From Microthyrium microscopicum (lineage: Eukaryota), in the NCBI GenBank assembly GCA_010405405.1, contig MU004234.1, positions 1,205,275 to 1,269,274 on the forward strand: a stretch of 64,000 nucleotides of DNA, read 5' to 3'. Made by a program: the position numbers and the translations under genes. The notes below the pieces were generated by a model. That model saw nothing but the letters and a program-made list of their open reading frames with translations, ran no database searches and was not told where the DNA came from. Positions 24,501 through 37,690 of the stretch are shown one piece after another; position 1 is the stretch's first letter; the number at the start of each line of letters is the position of its first letter.

Positions 24501-27500
24501 CCGAGATCCAGGATGCACAACCTCACTGGGTTGCCAGAACTGTGGTGGACGAGAAATGGTCGCATGCAACGTTGTCAGTGGTTGCTAGCGGGGTAAAGAA
24601 AATAATTAAGATTGAATCCATGTTGTCTCCGTTCGCTGCATGAATCGGAATGGATTTCTCGAGTGTTACTTGCAGGGTGCAAATGTCTGAAGCGTCGAAA
24701 ATTGTGGATCTTCTCGCGTGTTCATTTTTGGCGGCAACCCGCAGATAGCGGACACCCTTCAATGGAGTTCTATCCATGTTCGGAACAGCCTTGTTTTGCT
24801 ATGGGGCTACAGAATCTTTATGTTGCACAAAAACTAGAGAGGAAACAATTATTGAGATTTGTGTTGCATCGATATACAGAGATTGTATTGGTTGATTCGA
24901 TTTAAAGTGGTGAATGCTCGCTTAACGAGACGTTAACCAGCAGTTGCCTTGGAATTCTACCACGAATATTGCCCTTGCAATGTTTGAGTATTAGCAAAGG
25001 ATTGATACTATAAGATCATGAAAGTCGGGTAGGTAAAGCAGTTATTTATTGAGGTGAAATTTGAGTTCGATCGAGAAGGGATTAAAGTTTGCCGCTATTA
25101 TCTTGACAACTAAGATTTGAGATTCGTTCGTTCTCCACGTGGAAATTTGAGATGCTGTTTGCAGCGGCTGGCTGAGTCCATGTGGTGGCTGTCATTCATT
25201 TTCCAACTTCCTTCAAACCAAACTACTTCTAAAACGCAATAATACTAATGGCTTCGAGCAGTCCTCGCTAACATCATTACATGGATTTAGTGTAGTTACA
25301 AGTGTTAAAACCAGGAAATTATCCTAGATGAAAACAAGGCTAACTTCCGAGTATCACTTGGATCCATCATTCGTCATGGCGCAGCATATGATCCACACAA
25401 TCATGAAAGAAAAGGGCCGATAAGGAGCCAAAACTACGAGTAGTGCACTCCTACAATAATAGGAGTAAATCACCGGTCCGCGAATGGCATCATTCCTTCG
25501 GTGAAATACAGGCCTCCTATTCTTTATCTCTCAGGAACCATTATTCGAGCGCTGTGCACCTCATGCCGTAAGCTTCTGGAATCTGGCACGTCTGGCAATG
25601 GAACATGCCCCACAATCCCCACTTTGTTATCTCCACATGGCATTCCGAGAGGAGAGTTCCAAAGCCTTGAATCTGATTTCGGTGTAATGATCATGGATGG
25701 TTGAGTCTCGAATCGTGATTTTGGGGAGATGACGCTTTTGCTGACGGTAACCAGGTTATCATTGACCAGGAACAGCCTTGATAGATGTTGAGTTCTGGAT
25801 GATCTTCGCTTTCAGCCGGCCCCCGGGTTAGCAAAAGACTGTCTCATGTCAAGACTTCTCCAGAAGATATCCTGAACAGTGACTCAATTAAAAGTTCAGA
25901 CTCACCGGGTCCACGGCTACAGCATCATGTTTTCAGCCTGTTCCAGCCTTAACCCCTTTGTGTAACAACTACGGGATTGCAAGACACTGGATACTCTAGA
26001 TTAGAGAGTGATATAAAGCGATTCTAAGACCAAGAAGGCCGAATCTGTAATTTGTGAGTATCCTTTTTGGTCCATTTTCCAATAATGCTCCGTGCGAATT
26101 CGCACCGGCAGAAGCAAAAGCCCTGGACTGGGTCAAGCCGGTTACGATCTCCGCGATGAGATCAGATGCAATCGTACTTGGATCTTGGTTAAAAAATGAA
26201 ATGTAGGGACCGCTCCTTGCTTCGGCGTGCGGGCACACGATGGACAGGCATGCGGCCATGGCTCGTCCTTGGAATCCTGGTTCAGTCGGCCCGTCATGAT
26301 TCATTGTTACGACCGTAAATGTCTTCAATTAGTGATTTCTCACTTGATGTACATTACTAGAATTGTAGAAATACACAGTTATGCTGCAGAAAATTTCGGT
26401 TGGTACAGTATCAAAATGTGGTACTTAGTAGGCCTTGTTTTAAGGTTATGATGTCGACCAAGTAGTGTCAAGCATGTATGAACTCAACAATGGCTCGAGG
26501 AGACATTGACTAGAAATCATGCTTCCACTACATTGGTTACAAATCGGATTCGTATGGAATCAATTCTGCCATTGTCCGGGTCGTACTGAGACTTTAAGGC
26601 TGCCCTAATAGATCGAATAGAAAGCTCCCCAGATTATACGGGAGACGTGCGAACTGACAATTTTCTATATTTGAAGCTCTCTAATTATTTTCTAATAGAC
26701 CAAGCGGCAAATGTGCCCTCGACAGCTCACAATACACTCACATGCGTGTATTTAACGTCTGACTTAAATAAATATACTAAAGAATACACAACAGGGTCGG
26801 TAACGACACTTACGGTAGTCAAGCGTCGTGCTTCATGACAGCTTTTCAAAGTAGACCAGAAAAATTTCAACCAAGTCAATAAGACCAGGATAATTCACCG
26901 GTTTGGGCGTACAGTCAGCATCGGCCGTTTTACCAGCATTGCCCATGAAAGTGAGATATCTTGTCAATTTTAGCAGTTGAAGCACCGCAGCAGCGCTAGG
27001 GGAAAACAAAGTGTCGTCTTTCGAGAGGTCGTTTTCTCGTCATTATTAAAAACATTGATCATCCATCCATTTCGTCAAGGTGGGCGAAGCGCCTGCTGCA
27101 GAACGCGGCCCAGGAAAAGCTGGAAAAGCTGGCCTATGAATGGCTTGGACGACAACGTGAGAGGCTGGCCCTCGTGCATTTTGGTCCAGGCTAGGATGCA
27201 AAGAAGACGATCATGACCCAGCAGTGCAACGGCTGCCGGCTGCCGCTTGCCGCCCAAACGTTTTTTTCCATGAAATCGACAGGAGGGATCCCTGGGACTT
27301 GGTGACAGGGAGCCTGGGAGCAAGAAGGGGGTGGGTAATCTTGATGCTGAGGCAAGATTAGAGAGTCCTCGATCCCAGTTTTCCGTTCATCAGTCGAGTC
27401 CAAGTGTCTGCAGAAAAGCAGTTTATAGCGTAGATCCGCAGTGGGATAAAAGACTCTCTAAAAACAACTGCTTGTCAATGACCGTGCCACGGACGATGCA

Positions 27501-28422
27501 TGTTTAGTCCATTAGTTGCTCTCTGTTGCTGACAGGACTTCGGAGAGCCAGCAGTGCGAACAGGCTGCGGACGAGCATGGCGAACAAGTGGCCAATGCCA
27601 TATGTTTGTGCCCTTGCTGTCAATAGTTTTTAGATGGGATTTGATGTTGATATGAAGCTATAAGGTAGTAGACGAAGCTGATCTGAGCCTGTCGCTTGGA
27701 ATTTATGCTTACCGACACCACTTCAGCCTCATCAGCCTAATCAGATACACTCCTTTTGTACTCCGTAACTCGTGGACTACTGGACGGGGCTGGGCGTTAA
27801 TTGCTAATTCGAACAATCTGGGTGGCATTGTTATTCGTTCTATTTGTTCAGTCACATCATTGTCCTCGGACTTCGACAGCTTGTCCACTGTTACAGCAAA
27901 GCCTTTTGCCAACGCAGCAACGCGGCTTTTGTTTTGAAGCACTGGAGTGCCGTCACCCGTAACCCGTTGAGCACTGGACATGGAGCACTGAAGGACAGTT
28001 TGAGCAGAAGAAAAAGACAAAAAAGCAAGGCGGGAACTACTCGATATTCAGGGTTCTGCCCAACCAGGTGGTAAGAAGCCTCTTTTTTTCTTTTGATTCC
28101 TTGAAATAGCACCTCCCTAAACAGGCTTCGGTGGGCGTTATGGGCCTCGTGGACTTGTAAAGCCACGAAATCCATCGATCTGATCCCCTGTCATTGTCCC
28201 AATAATGTCCATTGCAGAATAGTGAGTTTTTGCCATTTGGAGTCTCAAGTCTTCTGGGTTCTTTTGGAAGAGTACACTGTGGGCTATGTAAGCCGATATC
28301 TGCTCTGTCTGCATTGGCGGTCTCCTTGTCTTTGGGTCTACAAGCATTTTGCGAATTCCAACCACCCGACTGGCGACAGACAAAATCTATCTTCACAAAC
28401 CTCATCCAGTCCACACGTGGAG

Positions 28423-28450
28423 GCTTAAGCTTGAGCTTGAGCTTGAGCTT
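28423..28450. repeat. Hexamer tandem repeat (GCTTGA) ~4.5 copies
   Basis: gcttaagcttgagcttgagcttgagctt read directly. Confidence 0.85.
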
Positions 28451-28822
28451 TGGAGTTTTGCGATCTTGAGCTTCACAGCCAGAAAGCTTCCGAAGCAATA
28501 TTGAAGCCATCAATCATCATCAAGCCTTGAACCTTCAAGCCATCACACATCGTCTCCCCTCTCCCCATTATCGGTCCACCCCCCTCGACGACCCCGGCTT
28601 GTTCTCAGTTAGCTTCGCAGTTGGCGCAAAAGCCTGACGCCCGCTTTGGCGATGCCGTCCCTGTCGTAGTCGAGTTGTAGCAGTGTTGATCGCAAGGCTT
28701 TTGCCAGGCTTGAACAGGCATTATTGGCGTGCTTCATAGGCTTCATACCTGTGGGCTTCACAAGTTCACAGGCCTTTTTGGCTTTGCAGCCGACATCGAC
28801 ATCACTCTTGCCCATTGCCGCT

Positions 28823-28849
28823 CTCAGACTCAGGCTCAGGCTCAGGCTC
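28823..28849. repeat. Hexamer tandem repeat (CTCAGG) ~4.5 copies
   Basis: ctcagactcaggctcaggctcaggctc read directly. Confidence 0.85.
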
Positions 28850-29929
28850 GCTGCTCACAGAATCCATTGCTCTGTCGAATACGAGAATCTTGTCCCAACT
28901 CTCCCCACGTCCCCATCCCGACGCTCATCTCATCATTCATCTTCGATTAAATCTCTTGTTTCTTACTTCCGCCATTCCCCAAAACCAGGCCTTGCTAATC
29001 TCCTGTTCCCCCAGCAGATCGCGCATCAAATACCGCCCCTCTGCCATCCTCTCCTCTGGATTCCCTCTGGTCTTGAACTTTCCTGCCTTTTCCTGTTTCC
29101 ACGCTCTTGCCGTTCCTCTGGATTTATTCACGCATATCTCCCGCCCGCACCTGCATCAAAAACGGTCGCCAATCCCCCCATCTACGCTGGCCATTCTTCG
29201 CACTTACTCCACACCAACCACCATCGCCAAACTTGCAACTCTCAACTTCCAATTATCGCAAATATAAGCCCATTATTATCTCTGGAAACTCTAACCTCAT
29301 CTGCGGTAATCTCTCCAACATATTTTCTCAACGGCTTCTCCACCCCGCGACACCCAGGACCAAGATCATCTCAAGCGGCATTGCCGCCCTTCTGGACTTC
29401 CCTGTCTACTGCACTCTTCCAGTGTGATTCGCCACGCAGCCTTCTCGACCAACTTCACTGTCCATTGACAGCTCCTAAGCCCCATCTCTCCATCGTTCTC
29501 AAACCTGGCACGGCTTCTCCTAGGGTCAACCTGAGTACCATTTTTGGACCTTTATTGGCCAGGCTAAAATCTCTCGAGGGGCTTATCCTGAATTCAAGAG
29601 TCGATCCTCCAGCCTGCAACCTCTTGTCATTCGTCCCTGTTCCTCGCTAGCCTCCGTGCTCCCGCTCCCCTGTTTTACTACTTGACCTAGGATACTCCGG
29701 ACTTCAGTACGAATATATCCAATCTTACAAAGTCGCTTATACCACCTCCACCACAAGCCCAACTGGTCAGATTTAGTAAAATTCAGTCTTAAGAGTTGTC
29801 TGTGTTGTGGAAAGTCGACAAACCATTTTGAGTTGACAACCTCAGACTTTGCAAAATAAATAAAGAACAACGGCATAATTCTTATATGTCTGGCACAACT
29901 TTGTCATAGCGTAACATCCGCAGCACGGT

Positions 29930-31572
29930 ATGCGCACGGAAACAATGGTGGATACACCCGTCAGGCAGAGGTAAGAAGCCGTTTGCTCGCCGCTTGTGCT
30001 GCATTATATTGCGCAAACGACATGCTGATTGAAGTTACAGTGCTGCCCTTCCGTCAATCAGTCACCTAGAATCTGCCAAATCCGATCGTCATGACGAACA
30101 GTCACATCGGAATGGGACAGCGCTGGCGAGTCCCTCGCATTTTCGTTTTGGTACGCAATCAGTGTTTGGACAGAGTGGAAACTCAGGATTGATTTCTCCT
30201 CCAGTGTCGCGCAGGACATCCAGTGAGGAGCACATCTCGATACCACCGGCGCGGCAATCGCTGCCATCCATTCATGAGGCTCTAGGTGGAAGGGAGCCAG
30301 TACTTAGTTATCCTGGTCCTCCTCCACCGCCGCCTCCTTCCGCACTTCCTACTTCTAGCTCGTCATATTTCCCTCATGCCAATCCTACGGCCTCATCAGA
30401 AGCAGTTAAACGAGAACACTCTCTTCCATCTTTTCTGCCAGCTGGACAATCGCAACATAACGCCCCACCACCTCCTCCACCTAGTTCAACGAGAATAAGT
30501 ACTTTAAGCGGTCCTTCGCCAATGTTCCCTTCACAACAACCAAAAATCCCCTCTTTACAGCCGATCCGGACGGGAAACTCACCTCCAAATGCGTCTAGTA
30601 GACCAAATCCGTCGTATCCACCACCCCTCCAGAGACCCGCTTACGAGTCTCCTCCTCAGTCAGCGCCAGCTAACGCTACTTTCGAATATTCTGGATATCA
30701 AAGCCAATATCCATATCCTCCGTCTTCTTCGTCATCAGTAGCAGGCCAGGGTTACGCAGGCCCTCAAACAGTCATGTCAGCACCCGCTCAATATCCCGGA
30801 TGGACGGCAGATGCATCTGGTAAACGCGAACTCAAGCCATTAAAGTCTCACGATCATTCGGTCAAACGAAAGCTAGATCATTTTGAGTTGGAAGCATCTC
30901 TGTATGAGGTAAGACCAGATTTCGTGGAGTCGTACGCATCTTTGTGCTAACCTTTTTAGCTTCATTCGGCTAGTCAGCAAGTCTTCAATGCCTCGGATCA
31001 TTATCTGAAGCGTGCAAAGCAAGCCAAGACAACCGGTGAACCATCGACTAATGTTGTATCTATGAACGATGTCGATGGACTTTCTCGCGAAATAGGCACA
31101 ATACAGCGAGCATTTGCCAGGCTGCAAGAAATGGTTAGTGCATCACATGCCGAACTTCTGGAGCAGCAGAGAGAAATGCAACGGCAGCATCCGGACATGT
31201 CACCAGAGCACAATGGGTACAACACAGATGCGGGAAATGGTATGGGGAATCCATCAGATCCTAAACAAGTCAAGCGAAGAGGAGTAAGTCTTGTCGGACA
31301 ACGATCATACGTGTCATACTAATTGTCTTTCCAGCGAGCTGCTCCTCCAGGGCGCTGTCATTCGTGCAACCGAGCAGAAACTCCAGAGTGGCGGAGAGGC
31401 CCAGATGGAGCGAGAACGCTTTGCAACGCATGTGGTCTACGTAAGTTGTTCATCATACATTGTTGCTCATTTTACTCATTGAGATCTAGATTACGCAAAA
31501 TTGACGCGGAAGATGGGGCCCAATGCGAAAGCAAGCATATCAAGCTCTAATCTGAGACCGAAGGGGGTCTAA
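29930..31572 (+). CDS. nsdD: GATA zinc-finger transcription factor, NsdD/SUB-1 type; introns 29971-30040, 30909-30959, 31284-31334, 31441-31489
   Basis: [43 protein letters not shown]...SNLRPK; two LPSI motifs; all four introns keep the frame. An alternative in-frame ATG at 29945 has better context. Confidence 0.9.
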
Positions 31573-33917
31573 ATGAGATCTGACTCGGAAGACATAAAGT
31601 CACGCAGCTCCCAAACCCAAAGTCACCACTCCAATCTCACTGGGGTCGAAAGCTCTAAATCTAATGCGTAATCAATGGATTCATGCACTCCATAGACATG
31701 AATCGACATTTAAAGCCAAAAACTAAGCATATCGATCGTCGTTACTCCACTTCGGAATACACATATCATCTCTCGACTTCGCCAAACACGTCAATGTTCA
31801 CCATGCTGCATCGGCTGCCACCTCGATCTCCTTGCCACACAACGATGTCTTCCCGTGCCATCTACGATTCTCGCTACATCATAACCGTCGCCAATCATCA
31901 AACCTCGTAACGACAAACAAAAATGCCCGCCCCAGCATGTTATAATGCAAGCATCAATCCAGCAGAACAATGCTGTCAAACAGCTCTTCATGTTCTTCAC
32001 GCATCAAAGAGTCTCGTCGCACTTATGTGGCTTCTTCTTCTACCTTTCTTCGATTTTCAGCATTGCAACGGCATATAGCCTACAGTAGAGTTGTTTCTTC
32101 TACTCTGTATGATGGGCTGACGGCGGCGTTTTTTTTAACTTAGATCACAGGTTATCCTGTGAGCTATCGGTTTCATAATAACCATTCTCCTGATATGGGC
32201 GGATCATGATAGCGCCCTTTTTGTGTTTTTAGTTTGTTCTATAGGACTAGGAACCATGGTAGTAGTCCTTGGACCACAATCAAACACAACTATTCAGACA
32301 AATGAAGCTACTGTGATGTGATTGAAGTTCTGTGATGATATTAGGTGAGTATACTCTGGATTTCGCCTCAGCCGATGCGTTGCAAACTACGATATCTTGA
32401 TAATGAGCCCACCTGTGGTTCACACTACAATCAGGCCTTCGTCATCATGGACTCTCGTAAGCTTCAACGTCTCTGTGGCCAAGCAGTGGCTGCGCTGGGC
32501 AGGAGGCCTTATACTGGTATTCCCATCTGCGACATGCGAGGCTTGCTTCGCTAACCAGGCGAAATCCACAATTCAGGCTATAGTTTCAATATCGCCATCC
32601 GGAGAATGCCCCTGAGCTCTTACATCGAAGTAAACAGTACTTGAAATAGGGTTGTAAACAACCCACGCGGCGCCGTTTTTGTTGTTTCTGGCGCTGTGTT
32701 GATGTTTCAAGATTGCGCCGCTATCACTGGCTAGTAGTAGTAGCCTGTGGTCGCAATGGGCAAAGCGTATGCAAAATCAGTCTTCATTATTGCTTGATTT
32801 AATACTATCTAACAACAATTTGATTATTATTGGGTGTCTTAACCAGCAAGACGAATGTTGTGCTCGCTGCTCGAGGTCGCTGATGTTCTGGACCCACAAC
32901 ACGTTCGCCTCTCCCAAGTGCGAACCAAACCAGCGGGATGGCGTGAGGACAGCAAAATAACGTGCGCGCCGTTAGAACAAAAGGTCCAAAAGGTTGTACT
33001 GCGAGTCTACGCACGCGGTTGCATAAGAAAAAAGCAACCGTAGCGTATCCACAAAGGACGTAAATATTCAACGTTTCGCTGCGTTCATATTGTCACGCGA
33101 AAGCGAAAAGTCACAGCCAGTAGTAACGGTAGTAGTACTTGTAAGTTCCCAGCCAGCCCACAAAGATTCACATTCACAAACCTGGTCATCGGTCATCCCC
33201 TGTGTCGATCAGGCCCCCGGTCATGTCAAAAAAGTAATCGAGGACGGATCAACAGATACTCGATTTGACAGGTGCAAGGCACATTTGGCAAGCGAGCCAG
33301 TCATGGTGGTCTTATGTGGAAGCGAGGTACAGAAATCGAACGATCGATGTTAAGCTTGTTGGGCGGATACGGTGGTGAATACGAAACTTGTCGATTATTC
33401 CTGGCCACAGGTTTTTTTTACGGGGCGCAGCCGTGGATCTAGACAACTGGTGGCGATGTGAAATCAAGTTAAGCTTAAGTTGGTTGTGTCTTTTCAGATG
33501 GGCAGGATTAGGCGCTCGTTGGGTGGTTGGAAATCGTATGATTGTTTATCTTAAGCGATTCATGGTTGTTGCGCCTGCTTGGGGCTGCGAAGCAAGATCC
33601 TTGGAGGGTAGCTTTGGAGTTGGTGCTTTGCCTACCACGCGCGATGGGAAACCGGGCCGATAGCCTTGAGGCGGGCTGTCGGACGATCCCGCGCTATCGT
33701 CGTTTGGTGTAAGCGCGTCCAACCTCTTCTGCGAAGGATCAAGATTCAAAGATGAAGTACTTTTCATCACGTCAACCGATTTGTTCAGATCCCTTGTATC
33801 TTACGGGGCTTTAGTCTTGGTTATCTTGATCATCTCGATCGAGGCAGTTTAGTGGTTGCAGGAGTGATCGATACGGAAGAGACCGTCGTTCCAGTCGGAC
33901 CGATTATCAATCGTTCA

Positions 33918-35154
33918 ATGGATACCAATCTCCCCCTTCCCACGGGTAGGCAAGACGATTTAGCATTTGCCCCTTCATGAGAATTTTCTGCTAACTGTGT
34001 GTAGAGATACGCTTAATGATATGGGAAGAGCTGTTTCCGGAAGGAATCAAGCCTGCACGCGGTAGCACGGCTGCGCTTTCGACCTGTAAGGCTGTATACG
34101 AAGAAGCCCATCCAGTATTTCTTGCCAATTGTCTGTTTGACTGTACCCCTGTTCCTGTGAATGATAGATTGACCAGCACGGGCTACAAGTACTTTGGTGG
34201 ATCGATCTCAATTGTTCGATATGACATTTGCGAAAATCCTGGATCTCATTTGCACTGTCAGAAATGGCTTGATACCGCAAGGAGCGAGCTTAGCAAAATT
34301 TTTGAGACCAAAGTTCCGCAAAATGACCCCACAGGTCAAGACGACCGGAGCGAGCAGGTTGGTCGTCACGCAGAGGAAGCCGAGGCGGAGTTGGACGAAG
34401 CACAACTACTGACCAAGGCGTATCTGTTTCGAAGCAGGGAGCTCTACGATACAAAACTGCGTATCATGTCTTGTGAAGAGCATTCTCGCTTTGTCATAAG
34501 AGAGCTCATTCGACACAATTCATTGGCACAAGCGATACGCTGCTGGGGAAGTGCAAGAAGTGCCTTGATTAGGAATGTTCGGATACTATGGACTGAATGT
34601 ACGGATCAATTTGGAGGAGATAAGCGCGTCGCTCCATCAGCAGTAGGACTGATGAGTTTGCTGTGCCAAGCCGCGTTGCCCGGTATCACTCAGGTTCATC
34701 TGCGGCATAAAAGATCTTCCTTTACAGGACCTGTGAGCGACTGCTTCTGTGGTCTTACCCGTACTCCAGAGTTTGTCAAATACAGGTTTGCAGATGATGA
34801 TACATTTATGCGCAAGATTATTATGGGCCAGCCGTTCCAGACAAGGTCAGAATTGAATGGTCAAGGTGACAGAAATTTTGTTTTTGCCATACACATGCTG
34901 GTTGATGTTTCCAAGAAGGTAATTGTGGCAGCCATCTGGTCGAAGTAAATACTAATGCTATGCGCTAGCTGAAACGACTAGAATTCGAAGACTGGCATAG
35001 ATGTATTCGAAATTGCTGGATAGCTCCACAGACGTTTTACTGGGTGCGGATACCTGACAAATGGTACGAGGACATACTTCCGACCCAAGACATCAAAGTT
35101 GTGATGAAAAGCAAGTACCCGATTGAATCTTTTCAAATCCTAGCGCCACAATGA
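33918..35154 (+). CDS. Hypothetical protein with N-terminal F-box-like (2EXR/DUF7730-like) motif; introns 33946-34004, 34919-34968
   Basis: Splicing gives MDTNLPLPTEIRLMIWEELF, followed by ALSTCKAVYEEAHPVF; both introns have CTAAY branch sites. Confidence 0.75.
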
Positions 35155-35917
35155 AAATCAATATTCTGAGAAGAGAGACAGAATCGAACGAGATTTCAAA
35201 TGCCGCCTCCTGCTGAGCGAGCTGCATTGTTGCCGACTAATGTCAAAGAAGACAAATGTTATTAAATTGAAGCAAGATATATGAGTCGCTTCGGTGTCCT
35301 ATGGCAGTCGCTTCCTTCCAAAGTTCTCGTTTCAAACATCTTGGCGCAACCTGAATGTTCTCCTTCATCTCCAGTCAGCTGCATCTAATCGCGGCACCGA
35401 TGAAAGCTTTCTCGAGTTGATGTTTTCTATGACCCGCTTCAATCCTCCGGGCTGGTCAGCAGCAGCTTCCAACTTCCACAGATGTCACAAGCAAAGAATG
35501 ACTTTCGAAATGTCGGTGCAGAAACGTCGTTGCACTTATCGAATTGCTCCTCGTGAAACTCTACATCAAGGATCACATACACGGCAGCTTTAGGAACGTC
35601 TCCGTACATCATCAAATCTTCAAAAATTACTTTTTTGCCAGTAGCTTGTCTTGCTTGTCAGGGAGGTGGCCTATGATGCTTTCATGAGACATGTAATGTA
35701 TACTAGTAATAGTAAGGATCGATTCGTTCTTACTCTATATCACTTTGTTTTCTCAGCCTTGTCTATCAGTTTGGGCTAGTCTTTGATTGGAATAGTTTGT
35801 ACAGGGGTCCTCAGGGCAATTCGGTTGTCCTTCTTTGGTCCGACTACAACTGCCTTCCTTTGAAGATGAGCCGTAGCATTGCAAATCTCACCAAGTATCT
35901 GTTCTCAACAATGTGTC

Positions 35918-37567
35918 ATGGTATTTCCGAGCCCCGCCTGTCTGACGTGCAAGACGCGTCGCGTCAAGGTGAGCAATCCGTTGCCCACATAGCCGCTGAG
36001 GACTGAACACATCAGTGTGACACGGCTCGGCCAGCTTGTGATAGATGCCAGAAAGCTGGTCGTGTGTGTTCCTATGGAGCTAGCGAGCAATATGGCCTAC
36101 CATTTAGAAATGAGAATGATTTTGCCAAAGGCAAGCGGCGACGTCCACGCAAAAACCCGGTCAATACGAACGACCAGAATTTGATAGTCATACCAAGATC
36201 GCCGTCTTCAGTTCCGCCACTGGTAGCTGGCACTATAGAGCACGTTGCTTTGCAGTATTGGACAGATCACTTCGCTGCGTGGCCAACGGATCTATTCGAG
36301 TTTGGACATGAATATGGCAGCTACGCACTCTGTTATTGGAATTGTGTAGACTCAGGATCAAGCCTCTATTCGGCTCTGTCCGCCTTCTCACTTGCTCTTT
36401 TTGGTCAGGCGAAGCACTCAAACGAGGCCTTGGATCATGCAGACAAATTCTATGGGAAGAGCATCATCAAAACACAACAAGAGATCAAGAAATTATCAAG
36501 TGATAATATTGATCAACTGCTGGTGGCGATCTCCTTGATGGCCATCTATGAAGTAAGTCTCACGGCATTAGTCTTAGACGTTCTTGCTGACTTTGTTCTA
36601 GAATTTGACTAGTTCAAGTGGAAATCAGCACCCTCCAAGCAGTCATTTTGACAATTTGCCCAGCTATGGGCCTGCAAAGATCGCTTCGCATCTTGAAGGA
36701 ATGGCGGCTCTGTTGCTGACAAGAAAAGAGCACGCCTATCCACGAAACCTTCCTCTAGAGCAGGCTACTCGACGAACCATAGTAAGCTCCTCCCGTGTTA
36801 TAAGTTGCTGTCTGACACTGCTTGTGTTTTAGCTTCGAACCTCTATACTTCGTGGAAGAGATATCCCGGATTGGCTTCAAGATGGTACTTTGTATGGTGA
36901 ACAAGGCATTAATCTCGGTCTTGATGCCCTTATGGTATCCACGGCCACTCTACAGTCGAAAGCGTCCAGACTTCTCAAGGAGACAAATGTTATTGCTACG
37001 AAAGCTTTGCATGACCTTATTAAAGAAACTAGGAAACTTGACTCTGCATTCGAGAATTGGTCTCTTAGTGTGCCCGTACAGTGGGGATTCACAACTCTTA
37101 CACTCAAAAATCTTTCAGACCCTAGGAGTAGGCTACTCTATGAAGAGACATTCCACAACTACCAGTCATCTGGCCACGCCACTTTATGGAACCGGTATCG
37201 TGCTACTCGCGTTGCGGTCAATCACATCTGGCAGCAAGCGCTCGGTCATTTGCCATCGCGATCGATGACAGATTATGGTTCTGATATCTGTCAGAAGAAC
37301 TTGGATTCTCTGGCCACAGACTTATGTCATAGCATTCCGTTTTTCTTCAACTCTTTTCAAATTGAAGACATCAAAGTGTCAGAACCATCGGCCAGTGTCA
37401 ATTTTGTAGATTGTGAACCCTACGAGATTACGCCGATGATGTCCACTGTGATCACTTGGCCACTAGCTGTGGTGATCAAAGCTGCAGGCATTTCCAAAGC
37501 CCATAGGATATTTTTGGAGGATAAATTGAAGATCATCGCAGAGGTTATAGGGTTGCGTGTACAGTAG
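35918..37567 (+). CDS. Zn(II)2Cys6 transcription factor; introns 35969-36015, 36553-36601, 36782-36832
   Basis: ACLTCKTRRVK|CDTARPACDRCQKAGRVC after splicing; LLVAISLMAIYE, HLEG and WNRYRATR in the downstream domain. Confidence 0.9.
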
Positions 37568-37690
37568 GGAAGAAGAGGTGAGATTGCTCGAATTCTAATC
37601 TTGTAACAATGCTGAGCGCCTGTTTAAAAAGGTCAACAAAAGATCCAATCGAAGTTGCAACTATACAAGGCCGTCCATGCCTCAATATAT

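Noticed and set aside
16619..28020. Many short ORFs in the srbA-nsdD interval
   Set aside because: No domains or consistent splice chains; lengths compatible with chance.
28037..28513. 158-aa minus-strand ORF with KLKLKLKLK
   Set aside because: The repeat is just the hexamer array translated; no other coding evidence.
28724..29650. 308-aa ORF as a protein-coding gene
   Set aside because: No ATG, a P/S/L/H-rich translation of a pyrimidine-rich tract, and it stops before nsdD; treated as leader sequence.
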